This document shows positions 11,497 through 25,396 of a DNA stretch of 64,000 nt, one piece after another; the stretch's first letter is position 1; every line of letters starts with the position of its first letter. The stretch spans positions 79,422,001 through 79,486,000 of the forward strand of contig NC_092349.1 of the NCBI RefSeq assembly GCF_963676685.1, given 5' to 3'. Below the pieces are notes generated by a model. That model was not told where the DNA came from, searched no databases, and saw only the letters and a list, made by a program, of their open reading frames with translations. This DNA comes from Mytilus edulis (lineage: Eukaryota). The translations under genes were made by a program, and so were the position numbers.

Positions 11497-13819
11497 TAAA
11501 TTGAACTCATGAATGTATTTTTCTTATTACATATATGAATTGATTAGGTTCAGCAAATTTTCGTTAAAAATCATCGTGAGATCAAAACTATATCGTATTC
11601 CCTTAGGGAAATCATACTGTCGGGAATTGTATTATTTTATTCTCACGATCGTATGACATATCAAACCTGGTTAACACGTGAAGGCCATCATCTTCCAAAG
11701 ATCGCAAGACAATCTTTTTAGTTTTTGTCTATAGTTTTTGGTGTATCTTGTATTGGTATTTTGAAAGGTATTAATGGTAATGAGTTTTATTAGCAATAAA
11801 AGTAAGATAAGATCGAAGGGCGTGTGATATGATTTTTAATAAGAGTACCATCGACCAATACTTATGCTGTGTTCGTAATTTTTCTCACAGGTATTACCTT
11901 TATCATGACCTTGTATTTTATTAGATTCAAAAGGACTGAAGACAGGGTAACATTTAAAAAAGTTCTTTGCTATTTCGCATACAAGATTTAGAGGAAATGG
12001 GTTTAATTTCTTTATACAAAAGGACCCACCCAACTGTCTTATAGTTTTTATGTTATTTGATAAAATTATGAAAGGAATTGGGCATACCTTTATCAAACAC
12101 GCTCAACCTAAATCATATATGATGTTACAAGGGATTCTTATTGGCTGATTTTATGGAGAGGTGGTATCGCTCTGTTACCTTTTGCTAGCTACCTTCTTAG
12201 AAACACATAAACAAGAAACTAACACTATAAAAATATATACTGCTTCTCTGTGGCGACAAATCAAAATTAATCATTGTGTCCAGAGTATGTCATTTCACAA
12301 GGTAAGTAAATTGCAAATGATTTGATTTTTTAGATGTAGGTTATCAATACAAGATGCAATGAATACTATCCAATTCTCGGGATAGTCTTTAACATCATGA
12401 ACTCAGTTATGCAAGTTTTAAAGTATTTGTAACGGAACACACACGTTTGTAAGCATCACAAGTTTCCTGCGTTAAATAGATTAACAGTTAGGCACCTGAA
12501 GATCGCTATAATAAATTTGAAGATGAGAGTACTTCGTTCAGCGTTTTGGGTCTACAGTTGAGATATGAGTACGTCGAATATGTTACATTAAATTCAACAA
12601 AACATTTATAAAAAGACCTAGGGAAATGTATTGTACAGCACCAGAAAAAAAAATAAAGTTGAGGAATACCTTTCACAAAAAGCGGGCTAAATTTCAATTT
12701 GTTTGAAAGTATGGATATATGAAATTTTGTGTTTAAGATGAAACATGAAGATTTCAAACTCAAATTTATATTTCCGAGTTCGATTGTTCATTTCCATATT
12801 GACCTTGTATCAAACGTTTAATAAAATATCAACAAAAGATCGTTTTGTGTTATACACTTTCAATGTTGTTTATTTATCACCTGGTTCTAGATTTGGTTTG
12901 GATGGCATTTAAATTTGATACAAATGTATTTGTTTCAAATTACGCATTGTTCAGTCAAACTGTAGTTTAGATACATAAAAAAAGCTAGAAGTATGTAGGT
13001 AACACATAAGCTCTCAATATCATTTATATGACCTAAACGTATGATTGTATATCTTATTGAAAAAGGATTAAGATTGACGTGTTTGACGCCAATGGCAAGA
13101 TTGTAAAGCCTCTCATGCTTTCAATCCATATTTGCTTGCTAAAATTTGATAAATGTAAATGAAGATATATTTGTTGTCGAACTACGCTTGTGATGAATAT
13201 TATTTTTACTGTTAATATAAAATAAAACACTACTGAATGGGATTATAATTAAAATAAATCGAATAAATCAGTAATGAAGAAATTATTTTTTTGAAATAAG
13301 ATTATCCTACGTTGTGATCCTAGGCCATTTTATTTGGGGAGATGTTTATGTACAAGGTCAGGAATAATGCAGGTAATTTTTACTCCTTGTGTTGATTCAT
13401 AACGTGTTTTCACTCCTACCAAAAAGTTTGTCTACTTATTCATATACTTTGGGGATTATATTTTTGAATATATATAAAGGACGTATCACCAAGTCTATGC
13501 TTTTGAAATAGGCCGTTTCTTTATAACTTTGAACATATTTTGACAATGTTTTTGCATGACAACTTTTAAATCTTTCTTTTTTTGGATTATATTTTTACAT
13601 TAAAAGATCACACATTAGACTAGTATTAATTTGTTTTTTGATACGTATCAAATCACTCTGAACATTATATGTTTAATTCTACCATAGCCACGTGTTAATT
13701 AGTTCCAAAATAAGTCAAAGAATGCAAAATTTAGAAAAAAAAATGCTATAGTATGTGACGTCATTTTTATGACTTTTTGCGTTTAGGCCTGGACTAAGTC
13801 GGGTGTGTCTATTTTCTGT

Positions 13820-14135
13820 GTTGGTCTTTGTATTATGTATCCGGTTTTTGTTTTCTGTAATTAGTTAATACTTCAGTTTTATCATGTATATCTTTTATAT
13901 TCATTTGATAAAATTTACTGTTTGCAATAGCATAAATTGTTCTAAATAATAAGGATGTTTTTATCACAAGCAGAAAACCGAAGCCGTATTTGGCACAACC
14001 TTTTTTCAACTTTTGATCATCAGTGCCGTACATCTTTGTACTTTTTCGTTTATATCTTGGCGTCACTGGTAAGTCATGTGTGGACGAGGCGCGTTTTAGA
14101 CATATTGAGTTTTAAACCTGATGCCTTTTGTTGTC
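13820..14135 (+). mobile_element. Degenerate retrozyme-like repeat with mutated hammerhead core
   Basis: 14060-14104 GCGTCA-CTGGTAA-GTC-ATGTGTG-GAC-GAGG-CGCG aligns with the intact hammerheads at 58.8-59.2 kb, but both conserved boxes are mutated. Confidence 0.5.
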
Positions 14136-15348
14136 TATTATTCATGTGTTTCTTTGTCTAATACGTTCTCCTATTTATTTGTAATGTAGTCCTGTAATAT
14201 TATGTTGTCATTTTAATGTTATATTTAACATTGCCATTAAAGTGCGAGGTTTGGCATGCCTCAAAACCAGGTTCAACCCAACATTTTTTCTTTAAAAATG
14301 TCCTGTACCAAGTCAGGAAAATGGCCATTGTTATATTATAGTTCGTTTCTGTGTGTGTAACATTTTAACGAGGTGTTTCCGTTGTGTCGTTTGTTTTCTC
14401 TTATATTTGAGTGTGAATTCATATTATTATAAGACGTGTCACGGTAGTTTTCTATCCCAAATTCATGTATTTGGTTTTGATGTTATATTTGTTATTCTCA
14501 TCGGATTTTGTCTAATGCTTAATCCGTTTCTGTGTGTGTTACATTTTAATGTTGTGTCGTTGTTCTCCTCTTATATTTAATGCGTTTCTCTCAGTTTTAG
14601 TTTGTTACCCAGACTTTGTTTTTGTCCATAGATTTACGAGTTTTGAACAGCGGTATACTACTGCTGCCTTTATTATTCACAACCTATTTTCTTATAACTT
14701 AACGACTGCAGATACACGGTCAAATAACAAACTAAAATATAAACAATTCTATGACAATACGTATATAAAAGGAGGGTGAAAGATACCAAAGGGACATTCA
14801 AACTCATAGATTGACATGAGACTAGGCAACACAAACCCCTAAAGAAACTGAGGATCGCAAGTGCTCTGCTGGTAATGGACAATAAAAAAATGTAAGAGTA
14901 CATCGATTTTTTATGAAGAGTAGATTATAATTTGACAGGTAAGCTTAAAATCACTTCGAATGTAAAAAACACAATGAAAACTTATACATGTAGTGGATGT
15001 ACGAAATAATAAATGTTTCACTAATGCGTGTATCTAAATACCGGGATTTTGATCTAGTTTCTTGCAAAGAAATAAATGATTTGATTTAAAATTTGAGTTT
15101 AGAATACTTGTCGATAAAAATTATTAACTACCGTATATCTGCCGTAGATTTATTTTTGCTTTGTGCGCGGGTTATGAAATGCGAAAATGGAACATGAGTA
15201 ACTTCCCCTGCATATTAAAGATTATCTTTTTTTTTCATTTTAACGTCTCAAAATGTTATATTACTACTTGTTAAATCAGTGCTTAAATTGAATTGATCGA
15301 CATAATGTGTATATTTTATCTCTGATTTCATCATAAATAAATGAACTA

Positions 15349-17963
15349 ATGATTAATGTACATGCTATCCGTTTCAAAACACACCAAACAGGGACACCCT
15401 TAATATTGTTAATCAGCAATCTTTTGACTATCATGTTTATCGTCATTACCTGAACAATTTGCTTAAAATGTAAAAGTTATATTTTCACAGATCTTTGCAT
15501 ACATACGTTTTACTAATGCTTTGTTATAGATCATGAAAATGATACGAAACCTTAATTCATTACCAATGCGCACTGTACTTGTCCTGACACTATTAAAGTT
15601 CATCAAGCTACATCCTTATGTGGGATAAACTTGAAATAATTTTTGATCCGTAAATGTAGGTAGTCACAATTTCCTAATGACTGCCGTGCTTAAAAAAGAG
15701 GGACGAAAGATACCAAAGGGACTGTCAAGCTCATAAATCTTAAATAAACTGACAACGTCATGGCTAAAAATGAAAAAGACAAACAGACAAACAATAGTAC
15801 ACATGACACAACATAGAAAACTAAAGAATAAACAACACGAACCCCACCAAAAACTAAGGGTGATCTCAGGTGCTCCGGAAGGGTAAGCAGATCCTGCTCT
15901 ACATGCACATAATATATTATAAACAAAAATTGCCGAATAATTCGTGCAAAAACGTCAATTTGTTTCTACCTCTTGGTGAACATAGGAAGGAAGTGACGAT
16001 TTCCCTAGACACACGAATGATGTTCAATAAAATCATCATTTTTGACAACGGAAATTCAAAACTGGAAAGAGAAAGGGGTCTTTTCTTTTTAAAACAGTTT
16101 TAAGTATTTAATTTAGTATTAAATTGTCATCGATGATTCATCAGTCAATTAAATTCTTGTTTTTTACATCTTCGATTATGAACTGTAGTTATGTTTTCGT
16201 GTGAACTTTTGCAATCATTGGAAATTAAAGAAAGTGAGAATTAACCTGTCAATTTTATCATCAAATTATGTAAGAAAATGTACGTGCTATACGGTATCAA
16301 AATTGTATTGTTAGAAGACAAGTCCTGTATACATGTACTAATCCGTATTATTTTGACATTTAAATATTATAAAATAGATTCATGGGTATCTAATAACATC
16401 CAATGACATCAATGCGATGAGAAAATACATTCTAATTGGTGATAGGTCGGGGAATTGTGCATTGACCTTTCTATAGGGATGTTATAAATTCCCAATTAGT
16501 CATAGTGCTAAAGTTTACAAAGAATAGTTTCATGTTTTTTTCAAACATATCTGTCTCATATCCTCATTAGTATAATTCGTCGCTAGATAAAGACGGAGGT
16601 TGCATTCGGTATATAGTATGTGGTAATGTATTACTTAGTATGTAAAAGAATAATAATCATAACATCATTAACAAATCACATACAAGATTAATACAGTTGA
16701 TAGCGGGGATTTACTTAGAGTATATATTTCATTCTCTTTGACGTATTCATTATTAATTTATTTATTTTCTTGGGTGGATAATGTGATCAGAAACCTCTAG
16801 TATACTATTTCAATCTTGTTACCTGTAATTGAATGGAAATTAAAAAAACAAAACTATTACTTTTCTTTATTCTACTTTTATATGACTTCTAAAATGTAGA
16901 AATCAGCTGATGATTTTTTAAATGTTATAAAACATATTATTTCAAAAACACATTTTAATTAAGATGCTATTGATACTTCATTTACATTTTTCCCGGTAAT
17001 TCTACAAAAGGGTGACTGTAATATGTTATTTATATAAAATCAATTTTATGGAATAAGTTGATATCTTTGTTGAATCCCCCCTCTTCCAAAATAAAACCAA
17101 AAAAGAAGACAAAAAAATGCTATTCAGATATATGTATTTAAGATATAAGTACATGTTATATACTAGTATATCGTTGGATATATATTCAGACATTTTTTAC
17201 AAATATATGCATACATATATTAATAGTCTCATTTTTTTCCTTTTGTTTTGACATGTTGAATTAGTGACTGCCTTTAACATGTTTTGTGCTTTTAGACTGT
17301 TTATTCCCATTTTCATGTATTTTATTTACCACAATTGCATCTTTCAACAAGACGACTTACATATACATAGTGGTTAGCATGTGCAATGTGTCAAGGTAAA
17401 ACCATTTAAATCAATTGACCTATAAACTAAAAGTATATAAAGTAAAGTAAAGACTTTTTTCTAACTCTTTCTAGTATATTATACACCTCATCATTCGACT
17501 GAGTCTCTATAAGGGCACACTACAGTTTTTATGTCTAAAATCCCAATTAATTATAAAAACGTTTTTGTTTCCTCTTTGGAGATAAATATAACAATGATTG
17601 TTATTCTAGTTTCATATTAATTGTTGCTAATATGTGATCAATATATAAATATAATATTTGAATATTATTGATAAATTGATTTATCACATATTTTGTACTG
17701 ATATGTACGTTTTTGCATGGCCAATAATAGCCGGAAGTCAATGTTGGTTATCAGCCCTCGAAATCCATATCAAGCCCCCGAGTTTAACTTCCGGTAACCT
17801 GTCAATCAAAGACTATTTGTAAACAAGTTGAACACAATGAAAAGAAATTGAGAATGTTACGAATCTGCTGTAGAAGAAAAAAGTAGAAATCAACAGTGAA
17901 AATCACAAAAGTGTTCGTAAAATTTTGACTTCATAAAGAATTTAGAAAATATATGAAGCCACA
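15349..17963 (+). repeat. 2.6-kb direct tandem duplication, copy 1
   Basis: Near-identical to 17965-20580; I saw only 2 substitutions and one 1-bp indel. Confidence 0.97.
15690..15905 (-). repeat. Short dispersed repeat sharing a motif with Penelope-like 3' ends
   Basis: Copies at 18306-18521 and 14765-14815 (same orientation) and 29270-29425 (opposite). Carries GCTTACCCTTCCGGAGCACCT, similar to 28949-28969. Confidence 0.7.
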
Positions 17964-17964
17964 T

Positions 17965-20580
17965 ATGATTAATGTACATGCTATCCGTTTCAAAACACAC
18001 CAAACAGGGACACCCTTAATATTGTTAATCAGCAATCTTTTGACTATCATGTTTATCGTCATTACCTGAACAATTTGCTTAAAATGTAAAAGTTATATTT
18101 TCACAGATCTTTGCATACATACGTTTTACTAATGCTTTGTTATAGATCATGAAAATGATACGAAACCTTAATTCATTACCAATGCGCACTGTACTTGTCC
18201 TGACACTATTAAAGTTCATCAAGCTACATCCTTATGTGGGATAAACTTGAAATAATTGTTGATCCGTAAATGTAGGTAGTCACAATTTCCTAATGACTGC
18301 CGTGCTTAAAAAAGAGGGACGAAAGATACCAAAGGGACTGTCAAGCTCATAAATCTTAAATAAACTGACAACGTCATGGCTAAAAATGAAAAAGACAAAC
18401 AGACAAACAATAGTACACATGACACAACATAGAAAACTAAAGAATAAACAACACGAACCCCACCAAAAACTAAGGGTGATCTCAGGTGCTCCGGATGGGT
18501 AAGCAGATCCTGCTCTACATGCACATAATATATTATAAACAAAAATTGCCGAATAATTCGTGCAAAAACGTCAATTTGTTTCTACCTCTTGGTGAACATA
18601 GGAAGGAAGTGACGATTTCCCTAGACACACGAATGATGTTCAATAAAATCATCATTTTTGACAACGGAAATTCAAAACTGGAAAGAGAAAGGGGTCTTTT
18701 CTTTTTAAAACAGTTTTAAGTATTTAATTTAGTATTAAATTGTCATCGATGATTCATCAGTCAATTAAATTCTTGTTTTTTACATCTTCGATTATGAACT
18801 GTAGTTATGTTTTCGTGTGAACTTTTGCAATCATTGGAAATTAAAGAAAGTGAGAATTAACCTGTCAATTTTATCATCAAATTATGTAAGAAAATGTACG
18901 TGCTATACGGTATCAAAATTGTATTGTTAGAAGACAAGTCCTGTATACATGTACTAATCCGTATTATTTTGACATTTAAATATTATAAAATAGATTCATG
19001 GGTATCTAATAACATCCAATGACATCAATGCGATGAGAAAATACATTCTAATTGGTGATAGGTCGGGGAATTGTGCATTGACCTTTCTATAGGGATGTTA
19101 TAAATTCCCAATTAGTCATAGTGCTAAAGTTTACAAAGAATAGTTTCATGTTTTTTTCAAACATATCTGTCTCATATCCTCATTAGTATAATTCGTCGCT
19201 AGATAAAGACGGAGGTTGCATTCGGTATATAGTATGTGGTAATGTATTACTTAGTATGTAAAAGAATAATAATCATAACATCATTAACAAATCACATACA
19301 AGATTAATACAGTTGATAGCGGGGATTTACTTAGAGTATATATTTCATTCTCTTTGACGTATTCATTATTAATTTATTTATTTTCTTGGGTGGATAATGT
19401 GATCAGAAACCTCTAGTATACTATTTCAATCTTGTTACCTGTAATTGAATGGAAATTAAAAAAACAAAACTATTACTTTTCTTTATTCTACTTTTATATG
19501 ACTTCTAAAATGTAGAAATCAGCTGATGATTTTTTAAATGTTATAAAACATATTATTTCAAAAACACATTTTAATTAAGATGCTATTGATACTTCATTTA
19601 CATTTTTCCCGGTAATTCTACAAAAGGGTGACTGTAATATGTTATTTATATAAAATCAATTTTATGGAATAAGTTGATATCTTTGTTGAATCCCCCCTCT
19701 TCCAAAATAAAACCAAAAAAGAAGACAAAAAAATGCTATTCAGATATATGTATTTAAGATATAAGTACATGTTATATACTAGTATATCGTTGGATATATA
19801 TTCAGACATTTTTTACAAATATATGCATACATATATTAATAGTCTCATTTTTTTCCTTTTGTTTTGACATGTTGAATTAGTGACTGCCTTTAACATGTTT
19901 TGTGCTTTTAGACTGTTTATTCCCATTTTCATGTATTTTATTTACCACAATTGCATCTTTCAACAAGACGACTTACATATACATAGTGGTTAGCATGTGC
20001 AATGTGTCAAGGTAAAACCATTTAAATCAATTGACCTATAAACTAAAAGTATATAAAGTAAAGTAAAGACTTTTTTCTAACTCTTTCTAGTATATTATAC
20101 ACCTCATCATTCGACTGAGTCTCTATAAGGGCACACTACAGTTTTTATGTCTAAAATCCCAATTAATTATAAAAACGTTTTTGTTTCCTCTTTGGAGATA
20201 AATATAACAATGATTGTTATTCTAGTTTCATATTAATTGTTGCTAATATGTGATCAATATATAAATATAATATTTGAATATTATTGATAAATTGATTTAT
20301 CACATATTTTGTACTGATATGTACGTTTTTGCATGGCCAATAATAGCCGGAAGTCAATGTTGGTTATCAGCCCTCGAAATCCATATCAAGCCCCCGAGTT
20401 TAACTTCCGGTAACCTGTCAATCAAAGACTATTTGTAAACAAGTTGAACACAATGAAAAGAAATTGAGAATGTTACGAATCTGCTGTAGAAGAAAAAAGT
20501 AGAAATCAACAGTGAAAAATCACAAAAGTGTTCGTAAAATTTTGACTTCATAAAGAATTTAGAAAATATATGAAGCCACA
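17965..20580 (+). repeat. 2.6-kb direct tandem duplication, copy 2
   Basis: Offset of 2616-2617 bp from copy 1; junction ...GCCACA-T-ATGATT... Confidence 0.97.
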
Positions 20581-21789
20581 CTGGAATGAGTAGCGATATA
20601 GGATTCTTCTTAAGCATTTTTTAATATTTGTAATGTAACACTTTAAAGTTGTTTAATATTTGCAATTCTTAGAATTAATATATTTATTGTTAATTATTTC
20701 TGAAACTTTTCACAAAACGTTGTTTACCTACTGTGATACGAACTTTTTTTTAACTAACAGTGATACATTTTTTATTTTTTTCGTTAAATATCTTTTTGAT
20801 TTTTGAAGAAATATCAAACATAATCGTTTTTTTTATTCATTTTTCGAAGCTATTAAAGAACTGTAAAATATTGAACAGAAATGCTCACGAACTTGTTTTC
20901 ATCAAGGCCGTTGTAAATGAGCTGACGATTGTAAACAAGCAACTTGTTGGCTTTTCGTTTGAAGTCCCTTTTAATCGTATAGCTTACATTCTGTTAAACG
21001 TATACTAGATGAACCTTATATAGTCTTATTGTCAGTTAGAATAAAGTCACTAATAATTTGCGGATCTTATACATTCACAAATTACAACATGTGTAACTAT
21101 CAACAAAATAAAAAAAAATAACTGTTATCTAGTTGTATCTAACTGTCATTTCGAATCCCAATTTTTTTATAACAGAAGTTTTGTATTATTCTGACGTCTG
21201 TAATAAAACTTTCTTAACCGGAAATCCATTTTTATCTCCGTCTAAATCCATAGAAAAAGGAAATACTTCCGATTAAAATTCTGAATGCATTCTATGTCAT
21301 ACCTGATAGACAACCTTTCAATAGAGATTGTATTAATAGTTTACAGTCGTTTCTCTACTATCGTGCTCCTTCAATTAATATATCAACCACAACTGTAATA
21401 GTTTTTATTTGAAAAGCTTCTGGAAAGATGTTCAGTTAATTATTGATATTGGGTGAATATTATCGCCAATAAAATGATGCGAAATTTGTGGCTTATAGTC
21501 GACAATGAAAACAGTTGTACAAGTTACAAGAATGATTTTTTATTTAAGCAATATAATTAAATATTAATAGGTTATGTTGCTATTTCTAACACTCGTACCA
21601 CATTTTCTAAACCATATATTTAAGATCTAACATCCAAATAAAAATCAAACTCCATAAATATCTTACAGTACAAAATAAACATGTAAAGCTCTCGTACTAA
21701 CTTATTAAACAATGAGTTGGTAGTCAGAATAATTTGAACACATCTACGGTTATAGGTAATACTAAACTATATATTAAAGTCAAAGACAA

Positions 21790-23400
21790 GATATTGATTA
21801 TTTTTTTTATTTGTTACACAGATAGGTTCAAGGTTACAATACTAAAAACTCGGGTGTTACCAGAAATTAGGTCAAATATGAATGTGATTTGTATTGTTTA
21901 AAAAGGTTAAAGATCATTATGATATAGGGTTGTTTTTGTTCGGTAATCATAATAGACTGATAATGTAAGAGTTACATCAAGATCCTTTACTTTTGAGGAC
22001 AGCACATAGGTCAGAACATAATCACTCTGTTTTGCTAAAAAAAATGTTTATCAAGTCTAAAAAAGTTGCAGACTATTGTTTTGACTTTGGCAAGACCATA
22101 ATTTTAACAGTTCGTTTATTATTGAAACAGGTATACATGTAACACTTAAATTTTTAAATACCTCTATATTATATTGTATTGTACAAGTTAGCATATGAAT
22201 GATTCAAAGCTTAATTTAGGTTGATAAAGATATGGTGAAACCCCGATCGTTTTTGATTTAATAAAAATAGAACGATCTTTTTATATCTTATATTAGCAAA
22301 ACTTTTGTATCCTCAATTATTTTAAATAGAATATTGAAGGTATACGAGGGCAGCACTATTGATATAAACTGTTTTTCGAAAGGGTAAAGTTCATTAGAGT
22401 TGATCGAACAATATGTGCAGAAAATATAATTTCAAAGGTATGCTATAAACTTACTTTTAAACTTATTATGAAATAATGATGCATATAAAAGTAGCTCTAT
22501 AACATGAAGCTATTTTTCCCGATATAGTTTCAATATATTTTCCACGAATTCATTTATAGGACTTTCTGGTTCGACTTTTCCTTGGAGTTCGGTATTTTTG
22601 TAGTTTTACTTTTATTATACTAGTCAGATTACACAAGGAACATGCATTGATTTCTTTTTACTTTGTTATCGATTTGCTAATCCATTATTAAAACACTTCC
22701 GTGATCGTTACGTCAACAAAGCAGATTAATATTAAGAGGTTGAGATTTATAATAATTGGCAACTTAGATAAGTTCCGATGTTCTGATTTTACTATTCGGA
22801 CTTTGTTATTTGTAAATTTTATAACTTGACAAACCGCAAACTTTAAAAAGTTCTTGGAATTATAAGTTTGTTCAACTATGGGTATTTGGTTTACTTAGCG
22901 CCTGGTTAAGGTTGCGGTTACAATATCATTTAAACATATTGTCAGGTTAATTTATGATCAAAACGTAATTGAAATATTTAAAAAAAACTAACTGTACAAT
23001 AGGTAAAATTAATAGTTTTGGTACCTTTAATAATAATCGATAGAAATGTTAGAGTCGTAATATGATTTAAAATTTAAGTTAAGATTTTTTATTAATATAA
23101 AAAAAGAAATTGTGGTATCATTTACATCCAATATTAATATAAAATCTTAGTCTTTACTCTTATGACTAAACAACGTGACAAGATAGTGCTTTGTTTTGTT
23201 TACATTTTTGATTTTTAACACAATACGCTGCCCTAAAGTAACAAATATACGGGTGTGACTATACCCGAAATTTTCAATCATATTTTAATCGTGAACAAGA
23301 TAATAGAATATCCAGACCAGTAGTATTGTTTTTTGTAATATTTGGTTACACAAAAGTAAAATCAAGCATTTGTAAGAGTTATGCATACAACCATTTGATT
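21790..23400 (+). other. Relic duplicate of promoter, non-coding exon 1 and part of intron 1
   Basis: Colinear similarity to 50700-52340 (gene B) and 23720-24930 (gene A): ATATGGTGAAACCCC, ATAAAAATAGAA, TGCAGAA..AAG|GTATGC (donor after 22437), and the intron-1 block at 22897. Confidence 0.65.
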
Positions 23401-23804
23401 TAAAGTTAGTGTTGTTTTAATACTTCAAAATCTCCTAAATGCCCAAAAAAATTACATACACGTTTGGGGTCATTATTCTATTTGTACTCAAACTGGTAGT
23501 TCCATTAATCTACTTTGTTTATAAAGAGGACTATGGATTGAGGTTTGAGATCTGAATGGGAAAAAATGACTTTTTTTAAAGAAAAAAAAGTGGCAATGTT
23601 TAGGGGAAGGACAAATGTTACCAAATTATTGTGATACAGATATTTTCTTTAGTCTCAAGATTTGCATATACTTGTATTGACATTCTCCCCGACCATGTGT
23701 TTTAACAGTTCAGTAGTAAGTTAAATAGGTTCAACATTTAATTTGAATCTTTAAAGACCTATATACCAATTTTTACTGCACTTGAACAAGATAACATAGA
23801 TATT

Positions 23805-23843
23805 GGGAAGTCCCGGGTACGAACATTCGTCGTTGTATAAAAA
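23805..23843 (+). promoter_or_regulatory. Gene A core promoter: kB-like site and TATA box
   Basis: GGGAAGTCCC (23805-23814, fits GGGRNNYYCC); TATAAAAA (23836-23843), conserved in the paralogue. Confidence 0.6.
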
Positions 23844-23864
23844 TAGAAATTTATGATATAAAGT

Positions 23865-24017
23865 ATTAAGATTATATTTTATCCCCGTTTAGTTTAGATA
23901 GTATAGTGCAGACAAAAAACAGAAATCATCGTTACATACTATTCGTCGGCACTGCATTGATAGCTACATTTAGTAAGAGTTCAGTCCACATTTGATGCAG
24001 AACATACAATATTGCAG
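23865..24017 (+). other. Gene A putative non-coding exon 1 (start estimated from TATA)
   Basis: Donor CAG|GTAAGC after 24017, conserved in gene B (AAG|GTAAGC after 51326). Confidence 0.55.
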
Positions 24018-24929
24018 GTAAGCTTTGAACTAACTGAAATAAGATTTCACGATGCAAACCCAAGTATAAAGAAAACATTGAAATTATACAAATGTTTCCC
24101 CCTTATTTCAAAATCTAAAACATATAGAATTTGAGACAGAACTTTGGAGAAAATTCCAGGGAACATTCATGTTTTTGTCATCTATCAAAACGATGATTTT
24201 TTTTAATATTTTGCTTTTCTATGTGAGTTTGTTATTGTTTTGAAATTCAAATAGGGTACATTTAGTGCACTATTGAAGTAATTGAACTCCCTTGAAGACG
24301 CTTTTGTTATGTTGAATATTTACGCGAATGATTTGTAAAAGTTCATTGCCAGTATGAAAAACAATAGCAAAGAAACATACAAAACAGGGTATTTTTTAAC
24401 GGCTCAGTAAAATAATAAATTAATGCGCTTATCATTCAATCATCACGATTGGTGCTGATCGTCTTAAAACAGATGTTGTACATTTTATTTGTAAATTTCA
24501 GCGAAGTGAATAATTTGATAATTTGACAAACCACAATTAGTAAATATATATTGTTTATTTGTGGTTATTTTGTTGAATTATCGCCGGGTGAGTTGTGCGG
24601 TTACGGTATTATTTAAATGTTTCAGCTGGTTAATTATTGATCAAAACGCAATTGATATACTTTGAAAAAAGAATGTAATACATTTATTACTGGTGCCCTT
24701 TAAATTAACAGAGCGAACTTTAAAATCGATATATTTAAAGTTTAAGTTTGGCCTACTGATCAGCATTTACTTTGATAGCAAACAAGTGACAATATTTCTC
24801 ACCTTTTTGTTTGCAATATAGTTCACTGACTTAACGTAAAAGGTATACGGGTATGCCCACACCTAAAAACCAACAACATGAATGTATTTAAATCGTAAAC
24901 ATGGTATCAAAATAAGATATTTTGTGTTC

Positions 24930-25222
24930 TTTTTATGCCCCATTTATGGACATTATATTTTCTGGTCTGTGTGTCCGTTTGTCCGTGTGTCCGTCTGTTT
25001 GTTCGTTTGTCCGTCTGTCCCGCATCAGGTTAAAGTTCTTGGTCGAGGTATTTTTTTAAGAAGTTGAAGTCCAATCAACTTGAAACTTTGTACACATGTT
25101 CCCTATGATATGATCTTTCTAATTTGTATGCCAAATTAGAGTTTTTATCTCATTTTCACAGTCCACTGAACGTACAAAATGATAGCGGGGATGGGGCATC
25201 CTTGTACTAATGACACATTCTT
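24930..25222 (+). mobile_element. HINE/DINE-1-like (Helentron-associated) short element in gene A intron 1
   Basis: Starts TTTTATGCCCC; GTCC/GTCT/GTTT microsatellite; inverted sub-terminal GGGGCAT near the 3' end; T-rich flanks; absent in gene B. Confidence 0.65.
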
Positions 25223-25396
25223 ATTATGTGTCAATTTTGATACAACAATCGAGTATTACTTGTACTGTTAAACATTTTTAAATACAAAAAAGACAATGCA
25301 AATCTTTTTTTATCACAATTTTATTGAAAATATCATTCATTTATCAATCAACGACATTTTTCGTTCATTTTAGATTTTTTTTATAGACCATCCAAT

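Larger units (their letters stand above)
6360..11760 (+). repeat. Segmental-duplication flank, interrupted by insertions; paralogous to 59625-64000
   Basis: 6360-6850 ~ 59625-60120; 6900-7075 ~ 63135-63320; 10210-10500 ~ 63430-63745; 11500-11760 ~ 63745-63990. Confidence 0.85.

Noticed and set aside
15690-16103. Duplicated 78-aa and 77-aa ORFs (repeated at 18306-18719)
   Set aside because: They overlap a dispersed repeat inside the tandem duplication; identity reflects the duplication, not coding constraint.
20310-21005. Possible Crypton-like non-autonomous element (left part duplicated at 17695-17963)
   Set aside because: Only a vague resemblance and short terminal similarity; boundaries could not be supported.
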